Below are positions 9,360 through 17,981 of a DNA stretch of 30,049 nt, in pieces. The translations under genes and the position numbers were made by a program. Source of the DNA: a virus (taxonomy: Duplodnaviria > Caudoviricetes); IMG/VR virus record IMGVR_UViG_3300011441_000028, positions 1-30,049 of that record; one strand, written 5' to 3'. Positions within the stretch are counted from its first letter, which is position 1; each line of letters opens with the position of its first letter. The notes beneath the pieces were generated by a model. That model saw nothing but the letters and a program-made list of their open reading frames with translations. It had not been told where the DNA came from and did no database searches.

Positions 9360-9617
9360 CTAAACCTTTGGATCAGTGATTGTCACGAATGCCCTGAACT
9401 CATCCTCCTTCTTATCCTCATCTAAGTTAAGAACCTCCACAGCGTGAGCATCGCAAAGCTCGATTTGCTGACCCTCAAATTCGAGTGTGAAATGCGCTGG
9501 CTCTGGAGTTTCCCCACGTTCGGTGCAAACCTCACAAGCGTAGACAACGTTTGTCAGTGTTGCGCCATTCGAGAGCTTGACCTCATCGGTGTTCTCGAAT
9601 TTCTCAAGTTGCATCAT
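9360..9617 (-). CDS. 85-aa hypothetical protein with CxxC...CxxH zinc-finger
   Basis: CEVC and CDAH motifs; AAGGAG SD; overlaps stop of upstream gene. Confidence 0.7.
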   Translation of the reverse strand: MMQLEKFENTDEVKLSNGATLTNVVYACEVCTERGETPEPAHFTLEFEGQQIELCDAHAVEVLNLDEDKKEDEFRAFVTITDPKV

Positions 9618-10426
9618 ACAAGCTCCTTCGTTCGATAGGAGTTAATCTCATCGTAGAGATTCTTGTGGGTAAAGTCGAGTCGTTCGGGAAGGGAAAGTGA
9701 GGTCTTTGCCCAATCCTCCCCGTCAGCCTTCGTGATGATTTCGTAACCACCTGACGGCGTGTTGTAGAAGTGATATGCCTCATTGAAGTAGACGGGAATC
9801 TCTGCGGCAATCTTTCGCCCGCCCGTCATGATAGCGCGCGTCCTGGTGACCCGATTCTTCAGGTCTTTCGTCTCTACCTCAATGACGTGGGCAATGACGA
9901 TGACGTTACATCCCTTGCCGCCGTTCCAGAGGACTCGACACGCATCCAGGATTTGAATGATCCCAGTGCTCTCTGTCTTGTAGTCGTCAATCTCCAAGAC
10001 CGGAATGCCGTCGAACTTGTTTGGGATCTTCGCAGCGTTGAGATAGATCCGCTTCTTGCCGTCCTCATCCTTCTCACGAGCCTGCGAACCTGCTCCACGA
10101 GCCTGAAAGATCAGTGTGTGCAATGACCTTGCAAGCGTAGTGATGGAGTCAAGAACGACTGTCGGATACGGATTGTATCGAATCAGTGCATCCAGTTTGT
10201 CGCACAGTTTCGGGTAATCGTTGATGAGTGTATCGTATTTGATCTTGCGGTCCTTACCTCTCCAGTAAGACGCGACAGATGCGATACGCCCATCTAAGTC
10301 CAGTATGTATGGTTCAGGGAACGATGCAGCGGCTGGAGATTTGGCCGTGCCTGGGTCTCCCTTGAACAAACATATCAAGGACTGTCCTTCTGGTTTATAC
10401 TCGTCGATGTCTTCAGCCACATTCAC
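9614..10426 (-). CDS. AAA_24-type P-loop ATPase (Sak4-like recombination protein)
   Basis: Walker A GDPGTAKS, 'ILDLDG', Walker B VVLDSIT, 'VIVIAH'; context between nuclease and SSB-like genes. Confidence 0.8.
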   Translation of the reverse strand: MNVAEDIDEYKPEGQSLICLFKGDPGTAKSPAAASFPEPYILDLDGRIASVASYWRGKDRKIKYDTLINDYPKLCDKLDALIRYNPYPTVVLDSITTLARSLHTLIFQARGAGSQAREKDEDGKKRIYLNAAKIPNKFDGIPVLEIDDYKTESTGIIQILDACRVLWNGGKGCNVIVIAHVIEVETKDLKNRVTRTRAIMTGGRKIAAEIPVYFNEAYHFYNTPSGGYEIITKADGEDWAKTSLSLPERLDFTHKNLYDEINSYRTKELV

Positions 10427-10678
10427 CTACATTTTCTGAGTTGGAGTTGGCATATTTCGGATGCTCGCCTCAGCTAACGTACGACAGAGCATTTCCGAAA
10501 GCATACTGAGCGATGACGCGAGAACGAACAGATCGGGCAGTCGTTCGACGGAGAAGACGATAGCATAGATCTGATTCGTCGGATCGTTAGCTACTGCCAC
10601 TCCGCCGCCATTAGGACCGATAAGCTTCTCGATAGCTTCCTTCAGTCCGAGCATGAATTCCTCGTGCTCGTATTCCAT
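10427..10678 (-). CDS. 83-aa hypothetical protein
   Basis: Start reassigned to ATG 10678 (MEYEHEEF...), which forms a TAATG overlap with the upstream stop. Confidence 0.6.
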   Translation of the reverse strand: MEYEHEEFMLGLKEAIEKLIGPNGGGVAVANDPTNQIYAIVFSVERLPDLFVLASSLSMLSEMLCRTLAEASIRNMPTPTQKM

Positions 10679-10962
10679 TAGATCGGTGACTCCGGAATTT
10701 CGATGTTCGTGCCTGGAACTACTTCCCTTGTGCCTCGAGTGCATTCCCGACAGTGAGGTTTCTTCAGTGCCGTCTTGCGATCGATAACGAAATCCCGTTC
10801 GCAACGCCAGCACTCGGCAACCGCACCGACAATGAACTGCTCGGTCAGATAATGACTGCACCCAGGCTTCGCGCACCGAAAGATGTGCTTGTTGACTGAA
10901 TGCCTACCACGGACGTTTAGTCGCAAATACTTATGCGACCCTCGATGAGATGCCTTTGCCAT
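10678..10962 (-). CDS. 94-aa Cys/His-rich zinc-finger protein
   Basis: H..C.KPGC.H, CWRC and CREC motifs; TAATG coupling on both sides. Confidence 0.75.
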   Translation of the reverse strand: MAKASHRGSHKYLRLNVRGRHSVNKHIFRCAKPGCSHYLTEQFIVGAVAECWRCERDFVIDRKTALKKPHCRECTRGTREVVPGTNIEIPESPI

Positions 10963-11939
10963 TACTCAGCTTCCTTCCCTGTCACTGATGCCGTTGATGT
11001 CTTCAGCTCCTTGTTCTGAGGTGACCACTGCTCGCCTACGCGGAAGAGCGTTGATGCCTTCCACTCACGTGCCTTCGGTGTCGTGCTGCAAATGGGGAGA
11101 TAGATGCAGCCACCATACTTATCACACGATGTGAAGTTGGGCGGAAAGATACCTTCCCGAACGTAGAACGCAGCCATCTTACCCCAATAGATAGCCCACT
11201 CTCTCCATTCTTCCTTTAATTCCTTCGGATAGGAGAGGATATGGCGTTGGAATCGGTCTTTGGCTTTGAGGGTCTTTTGAAAACCAATCTTATCCACAGT
11301 GACCGAGGGGACATCTGTCGCCCACGCATAACAAATAAACTGATTTGAGAGTAGGACGGGTTCCTGACGTCGACTTGCAGTCTTCGAATCAACCACGGTC
11401 CTCCCGGAACGAGAGTCGGTGATAAGATCGATCCTTCCCTCAACGACGAGGATAAGTTCAGGAGACTCGTATAGGATTCGTGAGAAAGCTGCTTCCACTT
11501 CAATGGGTTGCCATCCATCATTCTGATAGAAGTCGACGTATTCGGCAAAATTTCGAATGATTTCTTCGCCTTCCTCCATCGTCAGGTTCTCAGACTGCGT
11601 TGCCATGTAGAGCCGACCGAGCATGATGCTCAGTTCGACAATCTCATTCCAGTTGTAAGTCTTGGCTGCGATCTCCTGCTCGGCGAGGAATGCAGCCTCA
11701 GACTTAGTGAGGCACTCTGGATTACCCTCTCTCCACGAAAGCTTCAGCAACGTCCGATAGAGTGCGAGCATATCGTGGAGCATTGAACCCCTATCCAGAG
11801 GTGTGGCTTTACCACTCAACGGGCGCCAGTTCTTGACATGCCCGAACTCCAACTTACGCGCACATGCCTGGAGGTCGTTGAGCACCGTTGAGTCGAATAC
11901 GAAGATATCAGGATCTGCCATCATTGGCTCCTTTGTCAA
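10962..11939 (-). CDS. PD-(D/E)XK exonuclease, Cas4/RecB-like
   Basis: 'RGSMLHDML', 'VE', GRIDLI, VVDSKT, QFICY; one N-terminal Cys plus C-terminal C..YGGC.....C consistent with an Fe-S cluster. Start may be ATG 11924. Confidence 0.85.
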   Translation of the reverse strand: MTKEPMMADPDIFVFDSTVLNDLQACARKLEFGHVKNWRPLSGKATPLDRGSMLHDMLALYRTLLKLSWREGNPECLTKSEAAFLAEQEIAAKTYNWNEIVELSIMLGRLYMATQSENLTMEEGEEIIRNFAEYVDFYQNDGWQPIEVEAAFSRILYESPELILVVEGRIDLITDSRSGRTVVDSKTASRRQEPVLLSNQFICYAWATDVPSVTVDKIGFQKTLKAKDRFQRHILSYPKELKEEWREWAIYWGKMAAFYVREGIFPPNFTSCDKYGGCIYLPICSTTPKAREWKASTLFRVGEQWSPQNKELKTSTASVTGKEAE

Positions 11940-11962
11940 CTTTCCGTCTATAACCGTATCGA

Positions 11963-12277
11963 CTAAGCAACTTTCTTCGCATTCCTTCTCTTTTTAAAAG
12001 GAAGAACATCCGCAGCAGCCACTCGTCCGACATTTCTTCGACGGGTAACTCGATTTCTCTTGCGAGCCTTCTTCTCCCTGCCTGCCCAAGATATCTTAAT
12101 AACATCATTGCTTCCAATCTTCAGTCCGAAGAATGCGTAAACGATCTCTGCCACGACGTAGGAGAATGACTTGTCCTCCTCAGTTGCGATCTCCTGGAGA
12201 GTTTTCACCACCATCTTGTGGAGTGCGCTCCCCTTCCGAATCCGACGAATCCCGAACTGGCTGGGTAGTCTCTGCAT
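11963..12277 (-). CDS. 104-aa basic protein, possible ribbon-helix-helix DNA-binding protein
   Basis: 'LHKMVVKTLQEIATEEDKSFSYVVAEIV' helix-turn-S-helix pattern and Arg/Lys-rich tail. Confidence 0.55.
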   Translation of the reverse strand: MQRLPSQFGIRRIRKGSALHKMVVKTLQEIATEEDKSFSYVVAEIVYAFFGLKIGSNDVIKISWAGREKKARKRNRVTRRRNVGRVAAADVLPFKKRRNAKKVA

Positions 12278-12289
12278 TGGCTATGCCTT

Positions 12290-12484
12290 TCAGCTCATCC
12301 ATATCGTCAGGAACATGAACAATACGGACAGAACAAGATAGGTCAGGTCTTGAGTCTCGGCGAAAAGAACGACCGAAACAATCATTGCTGATCCCATCAC
12401 TATCGTCAACAAGATCTCGAGATAGATCGAGTAGTCTCTCAACTCTTTCATGTCTGACGATCCATTCCTTTCCGAATGCTTCAA
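12290..12484 (-). CDS. Small two-helix membrane protein (alternative overlapping ORF 12180-12527 exists)
   Basis: Two hydrophobic segments; TTG start overlaps upstream stop and ORF ends 12 nt before next ATG. Confidence 0.4.
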   Translation of the reverse strand: MKHSERNGSSDMKELRDYSIYLEILLTIVMGSAMIVSVVLFAETQDLTYLVLSVLFMFLTIWMS

Positions 12485-12744
12485 GCAGCTCCTTTGCTGT
12501 GAGCTTGTCGAGGAGGATCGCTTTCATCAGTGTCCTTTCTCAAATCGATTTGGATGACATTTCCATCGAACAAACGGGGAATGTCATTCAGACCATCGAT
12601 GCGGAGGACAATATTCATCCCCCGCTTCTCGATCTCAGATTCGTTTCGGATCTCGAACTCGACGATCCCGTCTCCGTGATAGACAATGAGCCTACCCAGA
12701 AGACGAGTAACGAGCTTGCCTCCTCCACGATAGTTATTCGTCAT
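12481..12744 (-). CDS. 87-aa hypothetical protein
   Basis: Start reassigned to ATG 12744 (MTNNYRGG...) preceded by AAAGGA. Confidence 0.55.
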   Translation of the reverse strand: MTNNYRGGGKLVTRLLGRLIVYHGDGIVEFEIRNESEIEKRGMNIVLRIDGLNDIPRLFDGNVIQIDLRKDTDESDPPRQAHSKGAA

Positions 12745-12949
12745 ATCCTTTTTCTCTTGCGAGATTCTCTCGAAACGACCGGGAACCACGAACCTCTCGC
12801 ATGTCCGTGTCCGGAGTGTCGTCAACGGGTCGTTCCTCTAACCGTTCTGCCGCTTCACAGACAGTGCAGTAGTCGGCCCGATTCTTTGATCGACATCCAT
12901 ACCTACACATCCCACGAAGGTTATCGATCAGGTAGTCTTTTGACATCAC
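12734..12949 (-). CDS. 71-aa Cys-rich hypothetical protein
   Basis: C...C and CxxC; 'CEAAERLE'; coupled to upstream stop. Confidence 0.55.
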   Translation of the reverse strand: MMSKDYLIDNLRGMCRYGCRSKNRADYCTVCEAAERLEERPVDDTPDTDMREVRGSRSFRENLAREKGYDE

Positions 12950-13269
12950 CGATCCCTTCTATCAAGCGCATCTTCTGCGATGTGAAGCATTGCCGTCATT
13001 CTCTGCATCTCCGTCAGCAAGTCCAGTCGCTTGGCGGCAAATGGAATGGACTTGCCCAGGTCGTAACAGGACTTTAAGATCGGAAGAACGTCCGTTGCAA
13101 AGTAGTTCAGAGCATCCAAATCATTGAACGCCCGCACTGCAACGTGGAAGTTCTTATAGATCTCGACCTTGCATAACTCTTTCAATGCAAGCCGTCGATA
13201 AGCCTCGAATGTGATTTGCAAATCCTGATCTCTCGATTCCGCTGTCCTGTTCCGTGCTGGATGATGCAT
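12946..13269 (-). CDS. 107-aa hypothetical protein
   Basis: Protein-like helical ORF; 5' part overlaps the GNAT gene's tail. Confidence 0.55.
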   Translation of the reverse strand: MHHPARNRTAESRDQDLQITFEAYRRLALKELCKVEIYKNFHVAVRAFNDLDALNYFATDVLPILKSCYDLGKSIPFAAKRLDLLTEMQRMTAMLHIAEDALDRRDR

Positions 13270-13567
13270 GTGGCAACCTCGTCATGAGCATACCGAACTT
13301 TCGTTCGTCTGACTTAAATCCTCGTCTCTCGTACCATCGAGCCAGATCGTGGAACGTTAATCCTCCAGATGGAATGACCTCAAGAACTAACGTAATGTCA
13401 TTCGCATCTGCGTCCTTGCAAACTTCGTCGAGAATGCGACTGCCCATCCCCACATTGCGGGAACGGACTGGAACGTTAATCCGCGTGATTAGATAACGTC
13501 CATCATCAGTGGAGACCAGGTCGGCTATTGAGCGCGTCTCCTTGTGGAAGTAACAGGTCGGCATCAT
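13154..13567 (-). CDS. GNAT-family N-acetyltransferase
   Basis: Acetyl-CoA motif 'INVPVRSRNVGMGSRIL' and 'LARWYERRGF'. Confidence 0.8.
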   Translation of the reverse strand: MMPTCYFHKETRSIADLVSTDDGRYLITRINVPVRSRNVGMGSRILDEVCKDADANDITLVLEVIPSGGLTFHDLARWYERRGFKSDERKFGMLMTRLPHASSSTEQDSGIERSGFANHIRGLSTACIERVMQGRDL

Positions 13568-13752
13568 GCGATTCTTGCCTCCGCAGCGTGCAGAAGCGCA
13601 CGAGCCTCATCTATGTACTTCTTTCTGACGCTGTCACGAAGATCGTTGAAGTTCTCCATGTCAACAGAGTTCCATCGAGAAGCACGGCGCAACTTCCTGG
13701 CCGCCGATTCGAGCTGCTTCGCTGCATCAAGTAGAACCTGGCTATCAACCAT
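13564..13752 (-). CDS. 62-aa hypothetical protein
   Basis: Start reassigned to ATG 13752 (MVDSQVLLDAAKQ...), overlapping the stop of the 41-aa ORF. Confidence 0.55.
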   Translation of the reverse strand: MVDSQVLLDAAKQLESAARKLRRASRWNSVDMENFNDLRDSVRKKYIDEARALLHAAEARIA

Positions 13753-13870
13753 TGCTGACGCCCTGGCCGTAGAAGATGACTGCGTGAAAGTACTCTGCGG
13801 GAGTGAGTTCTCCATTGATATACTTCTCCCGGAGCTGCTCGACCTTCGTAATCCACTGTTCTAAAGTCAT
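13745..13870 (-). CDS. 41-aa hypothetical protein (not in ORF track)
   Basis: MTLEQWITKVEQLREKYINGELTPAEYFHAVIFYGQGVSNG*; AGGAGGT SD and TGATG overlap with upstream stop. Confidence 0.6.
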   Translation of the reverse strand: MTLEQWITKVEQLREKYINGELTPAEYFHAVIFYGQGVSNG

Positions 13871-14115
13871 CACTGACCTCCTACTCTCTCGTTGATGGGA
13901 CACTCTTTAATCTTGACATATGCACCAGTCGACCGACAGCCGGGACAGCGAACGTAGTCGATGATCCAGAAGTTCTCCTCTGGTTCAAGGTCATATTCAA
14001 TGTCGTCGAACATGATCTTGCGCCAGACGTTGATGAACCAGCTCCGACAGCAGGGAGGAATGCCTGAGTGCCGGCCACATTCCTCATCGTCCTTATCACA
14101 CTGATCGTTCCACAT
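13870..14115 (-). CDS. 81-aa Cys-rich hypothetical protein
   Basis: Start reassigned to ATG 14115 (MWNDQC...), GGAG upstream; GIPPCC and CPGC motifs. Confidence 0.6.
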   Translation of the reverse strand: MWNDQCDKDDEECGRHSGIPPCCRSWFINVWRKIMFDDIEYDLEPEENFWIIDYVRCPGCRSTGAYVKIKECPINERVGGQ

Positions 14116-14116
14116 C

Positions 14117-14284
14117 CTATTCTCCCAGGATCTGCTGAACGTCGGTGATGATCTTCCGCTGCGTGAGAAGCACAGTTGCCGCAGTCCTGAGTAAGATTGC
14201 ATCCCTCGCACTGACTCGCTTAGCCATGTCCCTCAGTTCGATAGCGAGTTCATTAATCGTTTCGATCATGGTATCTTCTGACAT
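14117..14284 (-). CDS. 55-aa hypothetical protein
   Basis: ATG 14284 preceded by AGGAGACAAG, a variant of the repeated start motif. Confidence 0.6.
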   Translation of the reverse strand: MSEDTMIETINELAIELRDMAKRVSARDAILLRTAATVLLTQRKIITDVQQILGE

Positions 14285-14339
14285 CTTGTCTCCTGATTGA
14301 AAGTTGGGGCTGGACATCTCCCTCGCCCCCATCCGAACT

Positions 14340-15953
14340 CTAGCGAAGCTTCCACCTTTGCCGACCTTCACGGTAAATGATCTCCATCATCTCCCGAGTT
14401 AGGCTAGTCTCGTCTGGCGTTACGTAACGACCATCGAGCGTTGCAGTCACGTCGATTCGCTTCTCATCAATCAGGTTGGTCAGCCATTCATCGATCGTGC
14501 TGACCGCGATCATATACTTGATGAGGATGCTGGACTTCGTTGATCCAATGCGTGAGAAACGTCCTTCGCACTGTTCCTCGTTAGCTGGATTCCACTGACG
14601 CTCGTGCATGATTGCGTAGCCGCAGACCTTCTGCAAGCCATCGACGCCCTCTCCACTTGCGAGCTGGGAAGCAATCATCACGCGAGACGGGCCATCGACA
14701 AATGCTGCGATGGTTTCATCTCGCTGGATGTTGTCCATGCCGCCTTGCAACCAGACTGGCTCCCAGGCGTAACCCGCATCAGTGCAGCGTTCCATCACCT
14801 TTGTCATCAGAGCGCGTCCGACTGCGATGTGATGAACAAAGACAACGACTTTCTCCTCAGAACCGAGCAAGATTTCATCAACTTCCTCGACAGTGTCAGG
14901 AATCTTGCTCATGCCGACCAGATGCCTCATTCGCGCAATGTAGGCCAGGAGGTTCATGAAGACCGCGTGCTGACCAGGCCCACCGTTCTCGAATTCTTTC
15001 ATGAATCCGGCCAACTGCTCCTGATAAGCAGCTTCCACTTCCTCGCTCAGGTCACAGTTTCGATACGAGCGACGGATGGGAGGCAGGTCTTTGAGCACTT
15101 CCTCTTTCTTACGCCGGATGATGATATCCTTCGTGAACTCCTTCCAGGCTTCCATTCGATCTTGCCGGACGCCTCGTGGACGCCCTTTGTCATCGAATTC
15201 GAGCCAACGAAGCTGAAAGCCAGATTCAGTTGGGAACTTCTCAGGTGCGACCATGTTGAGAATCTGGAAGTATTCAGATCCCCGGTTCTTGATCGGCGTC
15301 GCGCTCGCTCCAATGATGTTCGGATACGAGTGTTCCTTGATCAGCTCCTTAATCTTCTGAGTCCTATTGCTCGAGCTGTTCTTGATTGCTTGGCACTCAT
15401 CGAGGATGACCGTCTTGAACTGGGAAAAGATTTTGTCATCCCATTTCATCCGCCAGATCGAATCGTACGAAACAATCACGATGGCTTTCTTGAACATCGC
15501 GGGTTTCTCGTACGACGCATACATGACCTGAGCAGGAATGTTCGTCATGCGGAACACTTCCTTGCCAATCTGCGTTCTCAAGCCTGCCTTGCAGAGAATC
15601 AGGCAAGGAAGCAAACGTGCAGGATGAATGCGAAGCGGTGCGAGGAACTGAAACGTCTTCCCCAGGCCGGGGTCATCAGCGACGATTCCCCGAAAGTTCG
15701 CACGCTCGAGAAACTGGACACCTTCCTTTTGGAAGTCCATGAGAGTCAGGTCATCATGCTCACCGAACTTGAAGTCGTAAGTTCCGACTTTCTCGGCAGC
15801 CGCTTGACCTTTGAGAGTGAAGTCACGCTTGACCGTAATCGTGTGACCGCACTTGAGCTTTAGAAACTTCCGATTGGCGATTACCTTCTCGGTCATGATT
15901 TCCATGACCTTGTTGCAACCTTCGATCGGGCACTTGTGAGCTAGGTTTGCCAT
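14340..15953 (-). CDS. SNF2-family (SF2) helicase/translocase with N-terminal zinc ribbon
   Basis: 'FQKEGV', ADDPGLGKT, ILDECQ, ASATPIKN, 'SGEGVDGL', 'WNPANEEQCEGRFSRIG'; N-terminal C....C...CGH. Confidence 0.9.
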   Translation of the reverse strand: MANLAHKCPIEGCNKVMEIMTEKVIANRKFLKLKCGHTITVKRDFTLKGQAAAEKVGTYDFKFGEHDDLTLMDFQKEGVQFLERANFRGIVADDPGLGKTFQFLAPLRIHPARLLPCLILCKAGLRTQIGKEVFRMTNIPAQVMYASYEKPAMFKKAIVIVSYDSIWRMKWDDKIFSQFKTVILDECQAIKNSSSNRTQKIKELIKEHSYPNIIGASATPIKNRGSEYFQILNMVAPEKFPTESGFQLRWLEFDDKGRPRGVRQDRMEAWKEFTKDIIIRRKKEEVLKDLPPIRRSYRNCDLSEEVEAAYQEQLAGFMKEFENGGPGQHAVFMNLLAYIARMRHLVGMSKIPDTVEEVDEILLGSEEKVVVFVHHIAVGRALMTKVMERCTDAGYAWEPVWLQGGMDNIQRDETIAAFVDGPSRVMIASQLASGEGVDGLQKVCGYAIMHERQWNPANEEQCEGRFSRIGSTKSSILIKYMIAVSTIDEWLTNLIDEKRIDVTATLDGRYVTPDETSLTREMMEIIYREGRQRWKLR

Positions 15954-15974
15954 AATTGTTCAACTATTGAACGC

Positions 15975-16841
15975 TTACAGGCCCAACTTAGCCATGCGCT
16001 GTGCAATCGCTTCATCGCTCAGACCCTTGGCCTTCAGTGACGCCTTGATTGCAGCCGCAGGATCAAATGCTGGCTTCTTCGGTCCCGAGGACTTCGACGA
16101 TGAGGATGCTGACTTCGTGGAAGCCTGGGAGAGCTGTTTCTTTGGGAACAGCCAGTCATCCTTGAGCCGCTTCGCCCGCTCCTCAGCAGTCGCATCCTTC
16201 AGGAGTTCAGCCCGATAAGCGAGCTTGGCCTGAATGCCAGTCCGCTTATCGAAAAGGACTTCGTGATCCCGGCGAATGCTCTCTTCAATCTGGTCGAGCG
16301 TTAACCCCGCGCATTCAGATTGAACGGTGTTGATGAACACTGACTTGAATCGTTCCCGGTCCATTGACTTCTCCGCGAGCATCTCTGTGTATAAGGTCTC
16401 CGCATGAAGAACCTTATCAGATTCCTGCTCGACGTGAGTGTCTGCGACCTTGTGCATGAACTTACGATCATCCTCAATTAGAGCTTCAAGCTCGTTTTGA
16501 GGTTTGCCCATGTCGCCAGGAACAATCTCTGAGCGTGAGAGTCTTCCATCAGCCTGTTCCTCATTGATCGGGCTGACAACCTGCGCCGGCTTCTGTTCGA
16601 TAACCGTAGTTGCGGATGCAACAGGCTTCGCACCAAATCCGGCCTTGATGGAGTTCAAACGGGTCTTGAAGTCTGGCATCTTCTGATTTTGATTTGAGCG
16701 CTTGTTGAAACTTGACTTCCCCATATCGTTAAAATGGGGCACGACTGGAACTTCCTTGATTTCGTCGATTGGCTTAGGAGCGGCCAATTGCTCCATTCTT
16801 GCCATCTCGTCGGCATCTTCACTCGAGAACTTTGACATCAT
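15975..16841 (-). CDS. 288-aa hypothetical protein
   Basis: Long ORF with AGGAG SD within repeated start motif. Confidence 0.8.
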   Translation of the reverse strand: MMSKFSSEDADEMARMEQLAAPKPIDEIKEVPVVPHFNDMGKSSFNKRSNQNQKMPDFKTRLNSIKAGFGAKPVASATTVIEQKPAQVVSPINEEQADGRLSRSEIVPGDMGKPQNELEALIEDDRKFMHKVADTHVEQESDKVLHAETLYTEMLAEKSMDRERFKSVFINTVQSECAGLTLDQIEESIRRDHEVLFDKRTGIQAKLAYRAELLKDATAEERAKRLKDDWLFPKKQLSQASTKSASSSSKSSGPKKPAFDPAAAIKASLKAKGLSDEAIAQRMAKLGL

Positions 16842-16850
16842 TGTCTCCTC

Positions 16851-17072
16851 TTAGTACGTTACCAGGTTCAACCGATACTGACTGTCCCTATAGATCCAGC
16901 CGAGAATGCCATCGAATTCAATCGCGGCCGTCTCGTTGGGCATATAGCTCGAATACTTCAGCCATCCACGAACTGACTGAGCATCACGCGCACCTTCGTC
17001 CACGCTGAACAGGCATAAGGTGCGATATGCCTCCTCTTCCGAAAGAATCTCATTCTTAATCTCTGACATCAT
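16851..17072 (-). CDS. 73-aa hypothetical protein
   Basis: Start reassigned to ATG 17072 following AGGAGACA. Confidence 0.7.
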   Translation of the reverse strand: MMSEIKNEILSEEEAYRTLCLFSVDEGARDAQSVRGWLKYSSYMPNETAAIEFDGILGWIYRDSQYRLNLVTY

Positions 17073-17139
17073 TGTCTCCTTCATCAACGAGTTACCGCGA
17101 GAAGGCTCACTGTTTGCACAGCAGCCCTCTCGTCGTAGC

Positions 17140-17385
17140 TCATCTCCCGCAGCAGTAGGGACGATTAAAGAACCCGCAAGTACGAGTCCCGCACTGAGGA
17201 CACTGACCTTGCCGGATGAAGTTGCGCTGTCTCAGTTCGTGCGCGTAGTTCAGCAGCTTCAAGAGCTCGAACTCTCCAAGTGTATCGAGTGCGTCTGGGA
17301 CTGAGGTGAATCGCTGGATAGGCACATCAACTGTGCCTTGGCCGGTGATAGTGAGGACTTGTACGTTGAATCTCTCAGACATCAT
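17140..17385 (-). CDS. 81-aa protein with C-terminal Cys cluster
   Basis: AGGAGACA start motif; CPQC...C......CC. Confidence 0.7.
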   Translation of the reverse strand: MMSERFNVQVLTITGQGTVDVPIQRFTSVPDALDTLGEFELLKLLNYAHELRQRNFIRQGQCPQCGTRTCGFFNRPYCCGR

Positions 17386-17394
17386 TGTCTCCTG

Positions 17395-17679
17395 TTACAG
17401 TGCGGATAATTCGTTAACGATGAATCGGGACCACTTGCCCGGCACTGGACTTCGGTCCCGCATCACGGGAAGTCTGTGAGTGCGCTTCCATTCGTTCGGG
17501 AAAGACCAAACCATGAAGCATCCGCAATCAGGGCAAGCAATCTGCCAGGCTTTGCCACGACGAGAATGCTGGAATCGCTCCCCGTAGATATCGAGAGGAT
17601 GGTCTGCGTAGACTGGCTGGGAATTTCGTCGCCCACAATCGGGGCATTTGGCGGGTCGCTGCTCGTGCATTGCTGACAT
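17395..17679 (-). CDS. 94-aa zinc-ribbon protein
   Basis: Two CPDCG motifs; ATG 17679 follows GGAGACACTG; first gene after the early promoter. Confidence 0.7.
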   Translation of the reverse strand: MSAMHEQRPAKCPDCGRRNSQPVYADHPLDIYGERFQHSRRGKAWQIACPDCGCFMVWSFPNEWKRTHRLPVMRDRSPVPGKWSRFIVNELSAL

Positions 17680-17736
17680 CAGTGTCTCCAATTCATCTGG
17701 CCCGTTAGGGCTATTCGTAAACGCTTCGCGGATAGC

Positions 17737-17765
17737 ATGTTACCACGCCCCGGCCAAAATGTCAA
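17737..17765 (-). promoter_or_regulatory. Strong sigma70-type promoter for the early/replication operon
   Basis: TTGACA-17 nt-TAACAT with extended -10 TG on the - strand, in an intergenic gap. Confidence 0.8.
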
Positions 17766-17777
17766 CTTTATGCATCC

Positions 17778-17981
17778 TCAGCGTTCTGGATCAAGTATGG
17801 TTTGATCGCCAGGTGCTAGGAATGTGCCGTTATTCTCCACATAGAGCTTTCTCAATTGTTGCTCAACAACCTGGGACAATGACATCCCACGCTCGTTTGC
17901 ATAACGCTTGCACCAATCGAGAACATGTGCATTGATTGACATCGAGACTGGTCGCTGATTTCCCGTCTTAAAGTTTCCCAT
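17778..17981 (-). CDS. Ribbon-helix-helix DNA-binding protein (67 aa)
   Basis: 'PVSMSINAHVLDWCKRYANERGMSLSQVVEQQL' canonical strand-helix-G.S.S-helix pattern. Confidence 0.75.
   Translation of the reverse strand: MGNFKTGNQRPVSMSINAHVLDWCKRYANERGMSLSQVVEQQLRKLYVENNGTFLAPGDQTILDPER

Noticed and set aside
12385-13077. 230-aa + strand ORF
   Set aside because: Antisense to a run of coupled - strand genes; no motifs or promoter.
14604-15863. 419-aa + strand ORF
   Set aside because: Antisense shadow of the SNF2 helicase gene.
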